A stretch of 64,000 bases of DNA from Phallusia mammillata. Its lineage: Eukaryota. Under the pieces are notes generated by a model. It worked only from the letters and a program-made list of their open reading frames with translations. It did not search any database and was not told where the DNA came from. This document shows, in pieces, positions 25,801 to 36,700 of the stretch (positions within the stretch are counted from its first letter, which is position 1; each line of letters opens with the position of its first letter). The stretch spans positions 13,764,001 through 13,828,000 of the forward strand of contig OZ281497.1 of the NCBI GenBank assembly GCA_965637545.1, written 5' to 3'. The position numbers and the translations under genes were made by a program.

Positions 25801-27161
25801 TGGTACCATTCTCTTCCGCTGTAACTTGTACAAAAGAGCACTAAAGTGTTATGCAGAAGGATCTAACTGGGAGCTTGCGCTAAGCTGTGCTGCATGCCTA
25901 CAATACAGTGAAAAGGATTATTGCATTCTAGCTATGTCCTTGGCTCAGGGTCTGTTAGAACAAAATCATCACCTTGAAGCAGCAAATGTATTTGTATCTG
26001 AGGCCAAGGATCCGCATGCTGCTGTCAATGCTTTGGTCAAAGGTTGTAAGTGGGCACAGGCCCTGCAAATTGTTTACAAATACAAAATGAATGATTGCAT
26101 AAATGATGTTGTAAAGCCTGCCATCCAAGAAACTGCCAGCTCTTTTACTTCAACTATAGCCAATCACAGGGATAATTTTGACCGATATTACACAAGACTT
26201 ATGAAAGTGAGAGAAATAAAGAAAGAAAAGCGATTAAGAGTAAGTTGTTGAAAGATATTTGTTTTCAACTGTGTAATTAATATCAGTAAATTAATTACTT
26301 TGATTATTTTGACTTCGGGAGTTTGACAAAGTTGGTGACTTTAATTTAGTTAAACCCATCAGATTCCACTGAGTTGGAACAATTTTGCTCTAGTTTTTTT
26401 TTCAGGGAAAACAAGTGGTTGAGGAAGGATTAGAACCCACGACCTTGTAAGCACAAGGCAGTGGTGCTAACCACTGTGCCATCTTGGGGAATATTTTTCT
26501 TGTTAAATGAATGTTTCTTTGCAAAAATCGATCTGAAAATAAATACATGTAAAACTCAAAAGTGTAAAAATGTGTAAAAAAAACTAGTATTTTGCCTTGT
26601 ATAGCGTTAGCAATTAATTCTAAACTTTATGTTCAGATGCAGATGACTGGAGAAGAAGAAGATTTGGATTCTGATATTGCATCAGACTTTGGCAGCACAA
26701 TAACCAGCTCAAGTCAAGGAAGTAGGATGAGTAGAGCATCTGGGCGAAGTGCCAAAACTCGCAGAAAACAGCAACGCAATAAATATTCACTGAGAGAAGG
26801 GTCCCGCTTTGAAGAAGAGGGTTTGCTACAAGCCATCCACACTATTATAAAACAATTAGCAATACTAAAGGATGATATAAATAGTGTAATTTCCCACCTT
26901 GCATTATTCTATTTGGATGATGAAGCTTGTCAGTTGCAAAAACTACATGCAAGCACAGTTAAAATTTTTACAAAGGCTTTACCGCAAATATGGACACTGC
27001 CAGATGAAAGTTTGGGTTTCACTGGTGCCCATGCTACTGTCAACAGCATACTTGGATCGCAATCTGCTGCTCGGCAAGAAGAGATAAAATTGTCTGATTT
27101 GGAAATTTGGGTTCCACCCAAAATCGACTCTCAGTCAACAGGCATGCACATGTATGAATAA
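22814..27161 (+). CDS. ELP1: Elongator complex protein 1 (IKBKAP/IKAP); exons 22814-26239 and 26637-27161, ~1316 aa
   Basis: MKNLKL start; WSPDQE, VGWGSKETQFQGS, WRGDGQYF, VLQMPRGNLEVIHPR, MRKHRINMNL, GRSAKTRRK...SLREGS motifs; phase-0 GT-AG intron 26240-26636 (an alternative AG at 26642 is possible). Confidence 0.96.
26412..26488 (-). mobile_element. tRNA-derived SINE head in the ELP1 intron
   Basis: Minus strand cccaagaTGGCACAGTGGttagcaccactgccttgtgcttacaaggtcgtgGGTTCTAATCCtt contains A box and B box; no complete tRNA cloverleaf. Confidence 0.7.
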
Positions 27162-28167
27162 TAAGGCATGTAATCGTCATTTAACTTATTTTGGAGTTGT
27201 TTAATCCATTTTCTATGTTGCGAGCACAGACATAATGTACGATATTGTGATACGTCCATCTTCAGTTCGGCAGAAACTTTTGTTCTGTAAAATTTTATGT
27301 GTGTTCTGGTGATACAGTACTGGGAGTCGCCACCCACCCGGAAAAAATGGGGTGATGTTTCAATGTTTTATGTATTGATGTATCAGTCACATCAGGAAAA
27401 GTTCGTGATCAGGACTATTGGGTTTCAATGACATTTTGTTGAGGTAAAACCAATTATACGTACAGAGTGATTTCATTCTTTTCAGATTAGTTTTAATTGA
27501 TGTGTTACAGGAAGATCGATTTCAGTTAGGGAAAGTGGTAGTTATGGGCACCAGGTCTCAAATGTATCAGGTCAGTGAAGTTGAAGTTCATGTAATCCTG
27601 TTATATAAGCGCACTTTTTATGCGCAGAAAAGCACCATGAGGTGGCGCAACATAGCCTCGAGGCAGATGGAAAGTGAACCTAATTAGGTTGTGTTGGTTT
27701 ACAGGTAAACACTTTAACCAAATAACCCGAAAATTATCAACTGAACCTTTTGGACAGGTGACTGACGTTTGTCAATCATTGTCTCGTAAGTTGTTCTCTC
27801 TTATCAACATGTGTAGCTTACACGCGTATTCGATCAAAGAAAGTCAAATTGCGTACAACTTTTTTAAAGTCTTCTGTTTCAGCCCTAAATCTGTCCATAA
27901 CTTTTAAATTTAGGCTCCGAAACGGGCATACCGAACACAAAAGCCATTTTACTAATACAAAAAAGAGAGACTTTAAAACTGTTTTCAAAGTACTACACTT
28001 CGGTATTGGCAAATATCATTTGCCAAGCGATTTTCATAAAACTTGAAAAACCGATGTATTAAGAAACCAAATGGTTTCTCTTACACCTAATTTTGTACTT
28101 TTTTATTTCATCTGCAAAAAATAGTCTTAATTACACTGGCTAACAAATGAATGCTAATGAACTTTCC

Positions 28168-28205
28168 CCCTAGGGTGCACCGTGCACACCGGTTGAAGAG
28201 CACTG
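28168..28205. mobile_element. Right-end fragment of the hAT MITE at the duplication junction
   Basis: ccctagggtgcaccgtgcacaccggttgaagagcactg followed by ccttagag; left TIR absent. Confidence 0.92.
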
Positions 28206-28276
28206 CCTTAGAGAACCTACAGAATTTAGCGAATCCTGCAGCAAAGATTTCATACAGCTGTATTTTAAACTTACAG

Positions 28277-31200
28277 ATGCCAAAATATCAATGAATGTTC
28301 TCTGTCGTTGGAATTGTGCTCGGAAAACTCAATTTGTGTTGACACAGAAGGAGATTTACACTAACACTATATGTTTAATTACCTCTCCTAGTTCGCACTT
28401 GTTCCATATTACTTTACACTTGTTTTAACAACCACTATATACATAGCGAAATGACGAGTACATAGAAATTGAAATAAAGAGGGAAAGGATGTGATGGTTG
28501 ATAAACAGTAATTAAGTTAAAAAGTAAATAAACAGCCAAACCTCGGAGGTATTTGCAGGACTGTAAAATAGTAAACAGAGAAAATCATTTTATAAAACCA
28601 ACTTATTTTTCTGTCAGACGTGAATGAGTGTGAAATCCGGAATGGAGGTTGTGATCAGATTTGTGTTGACGTGGTTGGTTCGTATTTATGCAAATGTGCG
28701 GATGGATACAAACTTACTGACGATGGAAGAAAATGTGAAGGTCGGTGCAGTCTATATTTTTCTAACTATATGCTATATGCGTTGTTGGTACACTTCGATT
28801 TTTTAGACCAGGATGAGTGTGCTTCGCAATATTCATCAGGGTGTGATGAGAATGCCATCTGCGAGAATCTACCTGGTTCTTACGTATGCCATTGCAAACA
28901 AGGTACATGTTTTGTAATTTATTGTGAAGCAATAGGAAAGTTATCGTGCTGGCCATTAAGCTCATCTGAAAAACATATCCTGACAAGTATTTTCTGAAAT
29001 TTCAGGTTTCATCGGAAACAACAATATGTGTAACGATGTGAACGAGTGTGTGTTTAGCAACGGAAATTGCCAGTTTGAATGTGAGAACACAGTTGGCGGA
29101 CGCAAATGCTCCTGTCCGTTAGGATATATTATCAATCCTGACTCACGAAGCTGTCGTGATGTCGACGAATGCCTAAGACCGGAACTAAACACATGCGAAG
29201 GCGTATCAATGTGTTCCAACTACATTCCTGGATATTCGTGCGTCTGCCCGACTGGACACAGAAAGATAATAGGAGAAAACACCACCACGTGTGAGCAAAC
29301 TGCAGCTGCAAGGGCGAAAATTGAGAGCGACTTTGCACTCAGTGATCAATGCAAACGATGCCAATTCAGGTAATAGCCAGAAATATACGTTTAAATTCAT
29401 GAACAATCGCCAGCAGGTTTTAAATAAGCACAGCAATTGGGGCGGTTTTCGGAAAATGAACTTAGTCAAGTAAACTTTTATTTCATTCATTAAATTTGTC
29501 ATTGTTGAAGTGTTACATAAAACAGCAAGGACACCGTATAAAAACATGGGTGATCGAGTCAAGCATTCTATTATTTGAATGGTGCTTGAACTGATGTGGG
29601 TTCGAAACTGACCAAACAACCTGGTGAAGTACAGCCGGTGGCATATTTATTGTGGTGCTCTGTTTTCTGGAAACAAGGAATAAAACTAAACTTTAACAAT
29701 TTAATATGCATGATATCCACTGTTTATTTGCAGCTGTGAAATAGTTGCAGTTTCAGCAAGGTGTCTCTGTCCCCAAGGATTCCGAGTGGGGACGATCGAA
29801 AACAACGAACAAGTCACAAACTGCTACGATGTTGACGAATGTTTACAGCCAAACATGTGCGGCCCCAACGCACAATGTGTAAATGTTCGTGGTTCCTACT
29901 ACTGTCAGTGTGTTTCAGGTGTGTAAGACTGATTTTTTTGCAATTCAAGAAAACATAGGTTGCAGTTTTGTAGTATTTTGTGACACTGATTACACAGCGC
30001 CAATTGAAATATTACGCTACCACAGTACAATCCTTAGAAATCAGCTAAAACGGGTGGAGGGAAGTGGGATAATAAGTTTACCAATATATGTTATAGTTCC
30101 AGGACCAATACCAATATATGGCTCGTTCAGGGTATTTTAGAGATACACCAATACTCATGAGAGTAAATTTGATTACAACTTAAAAAGTGTTTTGTCTAAC
30201 TTTGCAATAAAATCTAGACTTGTATGAATTGGACGAAGATGGTTGGGCTTGCACGGACAATGCGGGTTCATGGGGCCACTGGAGCGACTTGTCACCCTGC
30301 CCCGCAAAATGTGATTACGGATTTAGATATAGAAATCGTACTTGCAACAACCCACCGCCCAGCAAAAATGGACTGAAGTGCAACGGATCAGCAGAAGATT
30401 ATCGCCTATGCGCCGAGGAAGAATGTGAAGGTACATGTGACGAAAATACATCTGCAAATTTGTACAGAACTAGCAGATACTGGATGTTTTTCCACTTTCA
30501 TGCATGATTGAAAAGATTCATCAGCAATTCGATGACAAAACTGCGAAGTCGTGCAAATCTATGCACATTCCGTTTTTTTGGAACAGAATTACGCCTTTGT
30601 TGTTATATTTTGATGCGCTCTTTTTTACACAGTTGATGTCATGGCCGAAGATTCTTCTGTCGAACTTGTAATCAACGCAAGTGTAATCGAGTGGCTTCTT
30701 CACATTAAACCTGTTCTTTCAGTCTGGGTTGCTGATGCAGTTGATTCGTATTGCTTGGTAAGATTAACATATTGATATTTTACCATAACAAAACAATTTT
30801 TTTGACAACTTGACAAGCCGTACTATTTTCTATTTGTTAGTTTGATCTAATGCTACCAAGTGATTTTGCTTTTTTATTCAGGCAAATTTCGAGGAATGTT
30901 GTGGGTTTCCGTCTAGGAATGAACAGAATATCGTTAAAGGAAATTTTGCCTTGTTGGATAACACTGTTGTTCCATCGTTTCCTCAAAAACAAGGCAGAAA
31001 TTTAAGGTAAAAGTATGTTTTTGTTTCACTTAAGAACCCGAAATGTACAATAAACTAATGACTTGCCTAATAAAAACACAGTAGTCAATCTATTCGACGT
31101 CACCAAGATGGTAGAGTGATTAGCGCAACAGTCTTGTGTTTCAAATCATAAGTTTGTGGGTCTTAATCCTGTCTAGCAAATGTGGGTGGCCTTTCGGTAA

Positions 31201-31665
31201 GCAACGTTTCGCCACACACTAAGCATATGCCATTAAAATTCATGTGTAGTAGCACATTGAACAACTTAGCTACATAAACTATTTTAGGTCACTAGGCAAA
31301 AATGTTGACACGTTACACTATATTTCAGAATAAAAGTTATAAGTAAGTGGTCCTGGCTGTCAGACTTCTGTTACTCCAATTCAGACCATCAATCCAGTCT
31401 AATAAAGTCGAAACAGCCATGGCGATACTTGAAAGCTACAACTTTGCTATCGGCCATTAAAGATGCAAGCAACTCGAGCGACCATTCTATACTGGGACAC
31501 GATGTGGTGTCTTTAAAGCTCGGCAAAGTTCGAAAAGCCCCTCCTGTGTTTTCGGCCCCCATCCTGGGATCACTTTTCTCAATTTTGTTGTTTTCGTCCA
31601 TCATACTTAGTTACTTTTTGATCGCTACATGTAGAGATATTCGTCAACGAAAAACGTTTAAATAA
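28277..31665 (+). pseudogene. Duplicated 3' fragment of gene 1 (EGF array, TSP1, TM exon); no 5' end
   Basis: Exons match 17495-20964; first exon has a 73-bp deletion at 28357/28358 that removes its splice donor; later exons appear in frame. Confidence 0.85.
31103..31237 (+). mobile_element. Duplicated copy of SINE-like sequence
   Basis: Homologous to 20398-20535. Confidence 0.55.
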
Positions 31666-32334
31666 GCGATGACCAGAGTCCGTCAAAATAAGCTGTGCTG
31701 TTTTTCAATATTGTGATCATGTTGTGATAGCTTGTGTAGAAAACACTTGTACAATAAATACTTCAAATATTGTTTGAGCATCCACTGCGATGTAAAAAAG
31801 ATCACGACTTCTAGTCTTCTACTCTTCACGCAAGATAGACTTTGACAGACATGGCATTGTTTAAAATGGAAAAATGTGTACACCGGGGAAGTCCCCCAAC
31901 TGCCCAGAAATGTACATCATGGAAATGTAAATCTACGTAACCCACCATGCGACGAACACTGCTTCTGGCACCATTTACTCCCTCAATGAATTTGGTTTAC
32001 TGTTGTGGTTACTTGCTACTAAACATTACAAGTATTTTTATCTGTCAAAATGTGTCTCATTTTCTAATCGTTATGTAAAATTGTCGTAAAAATACACTCA
32101 CCTACTTCAGAAAAGCAATGCGGATTTTCGCACATGGATTCCGAATTTCCGATATTTTGATCAGCATCATTTTTGTAATTTAGTTTAGGATATGATATCA
32201 TCAGTTCTATAGAACCGTCTCACACAATATTATGAGATTAGCGAACCGGTTAGCATTGCTGGGATAAATAGGACTTTTGTGATAGAACCGGTTGACAAAA
32301 AATTTAAATCGCACCACTGTGACCACTGGAAACG

Positions 32335-32554
32335 GGTAGAGCTACTAACAAAGAGCTTGGGCTGGCCCTCGCCCTGGGAATTTCTGGTAGGTGGCGCAAC
32401 AGAGCATAGGCGTTTACGGTGCTGTTACAGCAATTTGGGTTTATGGTAAGAATAATTGCTGAGTCAGCACCATAAACGTCTATGCTCTTTTGCGCCACCT
32501 ACCAGAAGTTCTTAGGGCGGGGGCCAGCCCAAGCTCTTTGTTAGTAGCTCTACC
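32335..32554. mobile_element. MITE-B, 220-bp foldback element (about 100-bp TIRs), copy 2 only
   Basis: ggtagagctactaacaaagagcttgggctggccc... / ...gggccagcccaagctctttgttagtagctctacc; 9-bp TSD ctggaaacg (32326-32334, 32555-32563); empty site in copy 1. Confidence 0.95.
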
Positions 32555-32564
32555 CTGGAAACGT

Positions 32565-32868
32565 GGGTCACGTCTAAAACTGCGGGCCCACTTGGCCCGC
32601 TAGGCCCAGCACTTGGCACGCCCCATGCAATAAAAAAAACTGCGGGCCCGCAGTTTTTCCTTGCAAGAGCCGCGACAATCACTAGATATAGTGGGCCCGC
32701 GGTTTTTCCCTGCGAGAGGCGGGCCAAGCACTAGATATAGTGTGCCCGCAGTTTTCACACTTGCGAGAAGCGGGCCCCCAGTTTTTTAATTCCATCCATG
32801 AAGCGAGCCAAGTGCTGGGCCAAGCGGGCCAAGTGATCCAAGTGGGCCCGCAGTTTTAGACGTGACCG
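32565..32868. mobile_element. MITE-A, duplicated copy
   Basis: Same TIRs as 21672-21956; small indel near right end; flanked by ctggaaacgt. Confidence 0.9.
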
Positions 32869-33048
32869 CTGGAAACGTTAGTTTATTGGAAAGTAGGGAA
32901 ACTATTAGAATAATTTTTATTGAATATCTTTCTAGTTCGATAAAATAAATAAACTTTCCAAATATTCCGGTCATGTCTTATAATCTGAAGTTGATTTGCT
33001 TGTTTAGATTTAAGGTTTTCAACACAAAACGTTTTCAAAAATCTTAAA

Positions 33049-33366
33049 ATGGAAGGTGCTCTGAAAAAAATAAAAATCCAAACAGGGGTAGTCAAGAGGA
33101 TTGCAAAAGAGAAAACCATGTATGAACAGGAAGCGGTGACCATTCGACAACAGATTGAAGATATGAAAACAAGTGGCAAAGATGAATACGACATTAAAAA
33201 GAGAATTGAAGTTTTGGAGGAGTCTGAAATGATGGGCCCTGACTGTAATAGCCGTTTGAAAGTTGCAATAGAGAAGTTAACTGGCTTGGTTGAAGAAAAT
33301 GAGGAGTTGAAAGATGAAGAAGTGTATAAAGTGGCCAAAAATTTACTGGTAGAAGTTATAAACTGA
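33049..33366 (+). CDS. TBCA: TBCA second copy, intact ORF of 105 aa (V4A, N89D, Q90E relative to copy 1)
   Basis: Full ORF with start and stop; expression unknown. Confidence 0.85.
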   Translation: MEGALKKIKIQTGVVKRIAKEKTMYEQEAVTIRQQIEDMKTSGKDEYDIKKRIEVLEESEMMGPDCNSRLKVAIEKLTGLVEENEELKDEEVYKVAKNLLVEVIN

Positions 33367-33725
33367 TGTGGATACTGTGATTATTATTTGTGTTTTATAA
33401 TAAACACCAAATTGTAGCAACAATATGTTTTTATAATTCCTTTATTTCTGTTGTCAAAAACGATATCTGTTGAATGTTATATAAAGTGTTTTAGGCTGAT
33501 AGACATGCTGGTGCAAACCTAAGAAATAATTTTTATGAACGGTTAGCCTTGCATGGTACTGATTAATCATAACAGTTAATAATTTTAAATGTGTAGACCT
33601 GTTTTATAGTGATATTCTCAAATTGAATGCAACCTATGTAGAAATGTATTGCTGTGGTCTATCTTCATGATTTGTTTTCGTAGGTCTGAAAACTTGTAAT
33701 GGTAAGATTATAGAGAATTTAAACC

Positions 33726-36700
33726 ATGAAAAATTTAAAGTTGCTTTATAGAGAAAGGTTGCTTGTAAAGCCAAGTTCAAAGTTTTTTACAAACAACCAT
33801 GAAGCATCAAAGTTCTTTATTGCTGATGATAACACAATCGAAGGATACAATGCTTTGGACATGCAAAAACTATTTGATTTGGATCTTAAAAACCCTATGT
33901 ATGGCATTGATGCTTATAATTTGTGTATTGTTGGGTTGCAATTCATGTATGGCGAGGAACAAATTTGTGTTGCAATGCAGCATGGTGAAATAGCTCTTTG
34001 TAATATATTGGATCAAGGCTTTGAAAGCACAGGGATGTTCGATTGCAAACTTAATTCAATGCACTGGAGCCCAGACCAAGAAATTGCACTTTTGGTGACT
34101 GATCGTGGTAGTGTGGTTCTGTTGACCCATGATTTTGACCCTATTCAGGAAATTGATATCAGTACTGACCAGTTTGGAGAGGGCAAATTTGTTAATGTTG
34201 GCTGGGGTAGCAAGGAAACACAGTTCCAGGGTTCAGCTGGAAAATATGTACCTGGAAAAACAGCACCTGCTGAAAAAACTTTATTTACTATTGATGATCA
34301 GGAGACTAAAGTTGAATGGAGAGGTGATGGTCAATATTTTTCTATTAGTAACCTTAATAACAATGAGCGGGAGGTTAGAATTTGGAACAGGGATGGTGAA
34401 CTTCAGTACACATGTGAGAAACTGGCAGGTCTAGAAAGTGCTTTTGCATGGAAACCATCTGGTGCTTTGATTGCCACAACTCAGCGCAAAGTCCATCGAC
34501 ATGATGTGGTCTTTTTTGAGTTAAATGGTCTACAACATGGTGAGTTTACACTACCATTTGACACCAAACAGGTAAATGTTCAAAGTCTGGCATGGAATGC
34601 AGACTCCAGTATTCTTATGGTGATTGCACAATCAACCCTTCCTGAAGTTAACAAGACTTACCTTCAGCTATGGTACTGCACAAACTATCATTGGTCACTG
34701 AAGCAATGTTTGGAGTTTGATCGAAAAGTTAAATTCTCCTGTTGGGACAGTGAGCATCCATTTTCACTTCATGTTATTACAGGTGATGGATATTATTTAA
34801 ATTATAAATGGGCTTGGATGATCGATGCCCAAGTGCCACCAATGACCATGAAACCAATCACATCAGACAGCACCAATACTTCATCTGTTGCTGTCATAGA
34901 TGGAAATTTCATTAAATTGACACCATTTGCAACGATGTCTGTTCCTCCACCAATGTGTGCACACCAGTTTAAGCTTCAAGATCAAGCTGCTGTGGTTTGT
35001 TTCTGCCAATCAAATGGTAGTTTAAATCAAATTGGTGTTTTAACCAACAAAGCACAGTTTTTAACACTAGAACCCTGTTCTGCCTCTGACATCTAATAAA
35101 CCTGAATTGGGGTTTGCATGTGGTGAAGGAACAGAATTATGCAATTTTGTGGTTGGTAATGTTTATGACCTCAACAAATGCCACAAGCAAATTGATTGGC
35201 AAACTGTGCGGCATCCAGTGTGGAGTGATTTTAATACTTTAATTGCTGCTGCTACAAGATTGTCAAATAGTGATTGCCTTTTAATTTTGAAATTGAACGG
35301 AGATAAAATTAGTTGTGAAAAAATAATTGATGTGGAGGGATTTGTGATTGCGATTACAACATTCTCGGACAATAAAAACTCTGTCCAAATTGTTTACCAA
35401 AACCATCATGGAAAAATATTTCATTGTACAGACAATGATGGAATGCCAATGGAAACATCAGAAAACTTTAGTGGTAACATTCAGCTGCCTTGTCTTTGTC
35501 CAAGAATGAGTGTGTGTTCTTTTGGTACAGAAATGGAGAACTCTACTGTGGGACTTCTTTCGTTATCTGCACAAAAGCAGTTGTTTCTCGACAATGTAAT
35601 GATAAATAGTGAGTGCACATCATTCGCAATCCACAGTAAGTTTGTTTTAATTACTACCTCATCTCACAAGCTTATTGCAATTTCAAGAAAAACCTCTTTT
35701 AATCAGCTTATTGATCTGTATTCAAAAACAACCCAAACAGTGGCTAATGTCATATCGGTCACAGAGGTTTCACGTTCTGTGGAGAGAGGTTCCACTATTG
35801 TTGTAGTTACACCATGGGCTACAAAAGTGGTACTGCAGATGCCAAGGGGAAATTTGGAAGTAATACATCCGAGACCACTTGTGCTGTCAATATTAAAAGA
35901 ATTGCTTGATCTCGGAGAATACAAACAGGCATTTATGATAATGAGAAAACACAGGATCAATATGAATCTCTTCCATGACCACAATCCAGAACAGTTTTGC
36001 AAAGAAATAGCTCGTTTTGTTAAACAACTTGACTCAACTGAATATCTTAATATATTTCTAAGTGATATTCGCGAGGAAAATGTTACTACCACACTGTATC
36101 AGCAATATTACCCCACTAAATCCCATGCTTCAGACTCCTTGTTAGCTGCAAAAATCAAGCAAAGTTGACAAACTTTGTGATTTAGTTCTTTCAGAACTGA
36201 CTAACAGTGAACAACACCTGTACTCAATTCTTACAGCCCATGTGAGAAAATCAAAACCTGAAATTGATGCTGCTTTAAACAGAGTTAAGTCATTAAAAGA
36301 GAGTAATAAGCAACAGGTCAGTGGTGCTCTACAGCATTTACATGTGATGGTTGATGCCAGGGTTTTATACAGAGAAGCATTGGCGACCTATGATTTGGAA
36401 CTAGCACTGATGGTTGCTCAGGTTTCAAATGATGATCCAAAGGAATATATTCCATTTTTAAATGAATTGAAGCAACTTGAAATCAATTACATGAAATACA
36501 AAATTGATATGTTTTTAAATAAGTTTGTCAAAGCACTGGAAAACATTGCAAACTGTCCTGATCATTTTGATGAATGCACTGAGCTTATCAAATCCAAAGA
36601 GCTTTACAAGGAAGCAATGAATGTATTTGACAGATTTAGTGCATCACACAAGGAAATTTGCAAACTTTATGCCGAGTTTTTGATATCGAAACAAAAATAT

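Larger units (their letters stand above)
17386..28169 (+). repeat. Tandem segmental duplication, copy 1 (~10.8 kb)
   Basis: Near-identical to 28168-40432; junction at 28166-28171 joins ...actttcccc to ccctagggtgcacc with 2-bp (cc) microhomology. Confidence 0.95.

Noticed and set aside
26412-26488. Possible tRNA gene
   Set aside because: Has A/B boxes but no acceptor-stem pairing or recognisable cloverleaf; better explained as a SINE head.
27500-27790. Splice-like signals downstream of ELP1 suggesting another small gene (ORF 27502-27687)
   Set aside because: No recognisable protein; the copy-2 version has an insertion and a deletion; cannot be supported without RNA data.
32883-33338. 151-aa antisense ORF over TBCA copy 2
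   Set aside because: Antisense shadow; truncated in copy 1 and not a recognisable protein.
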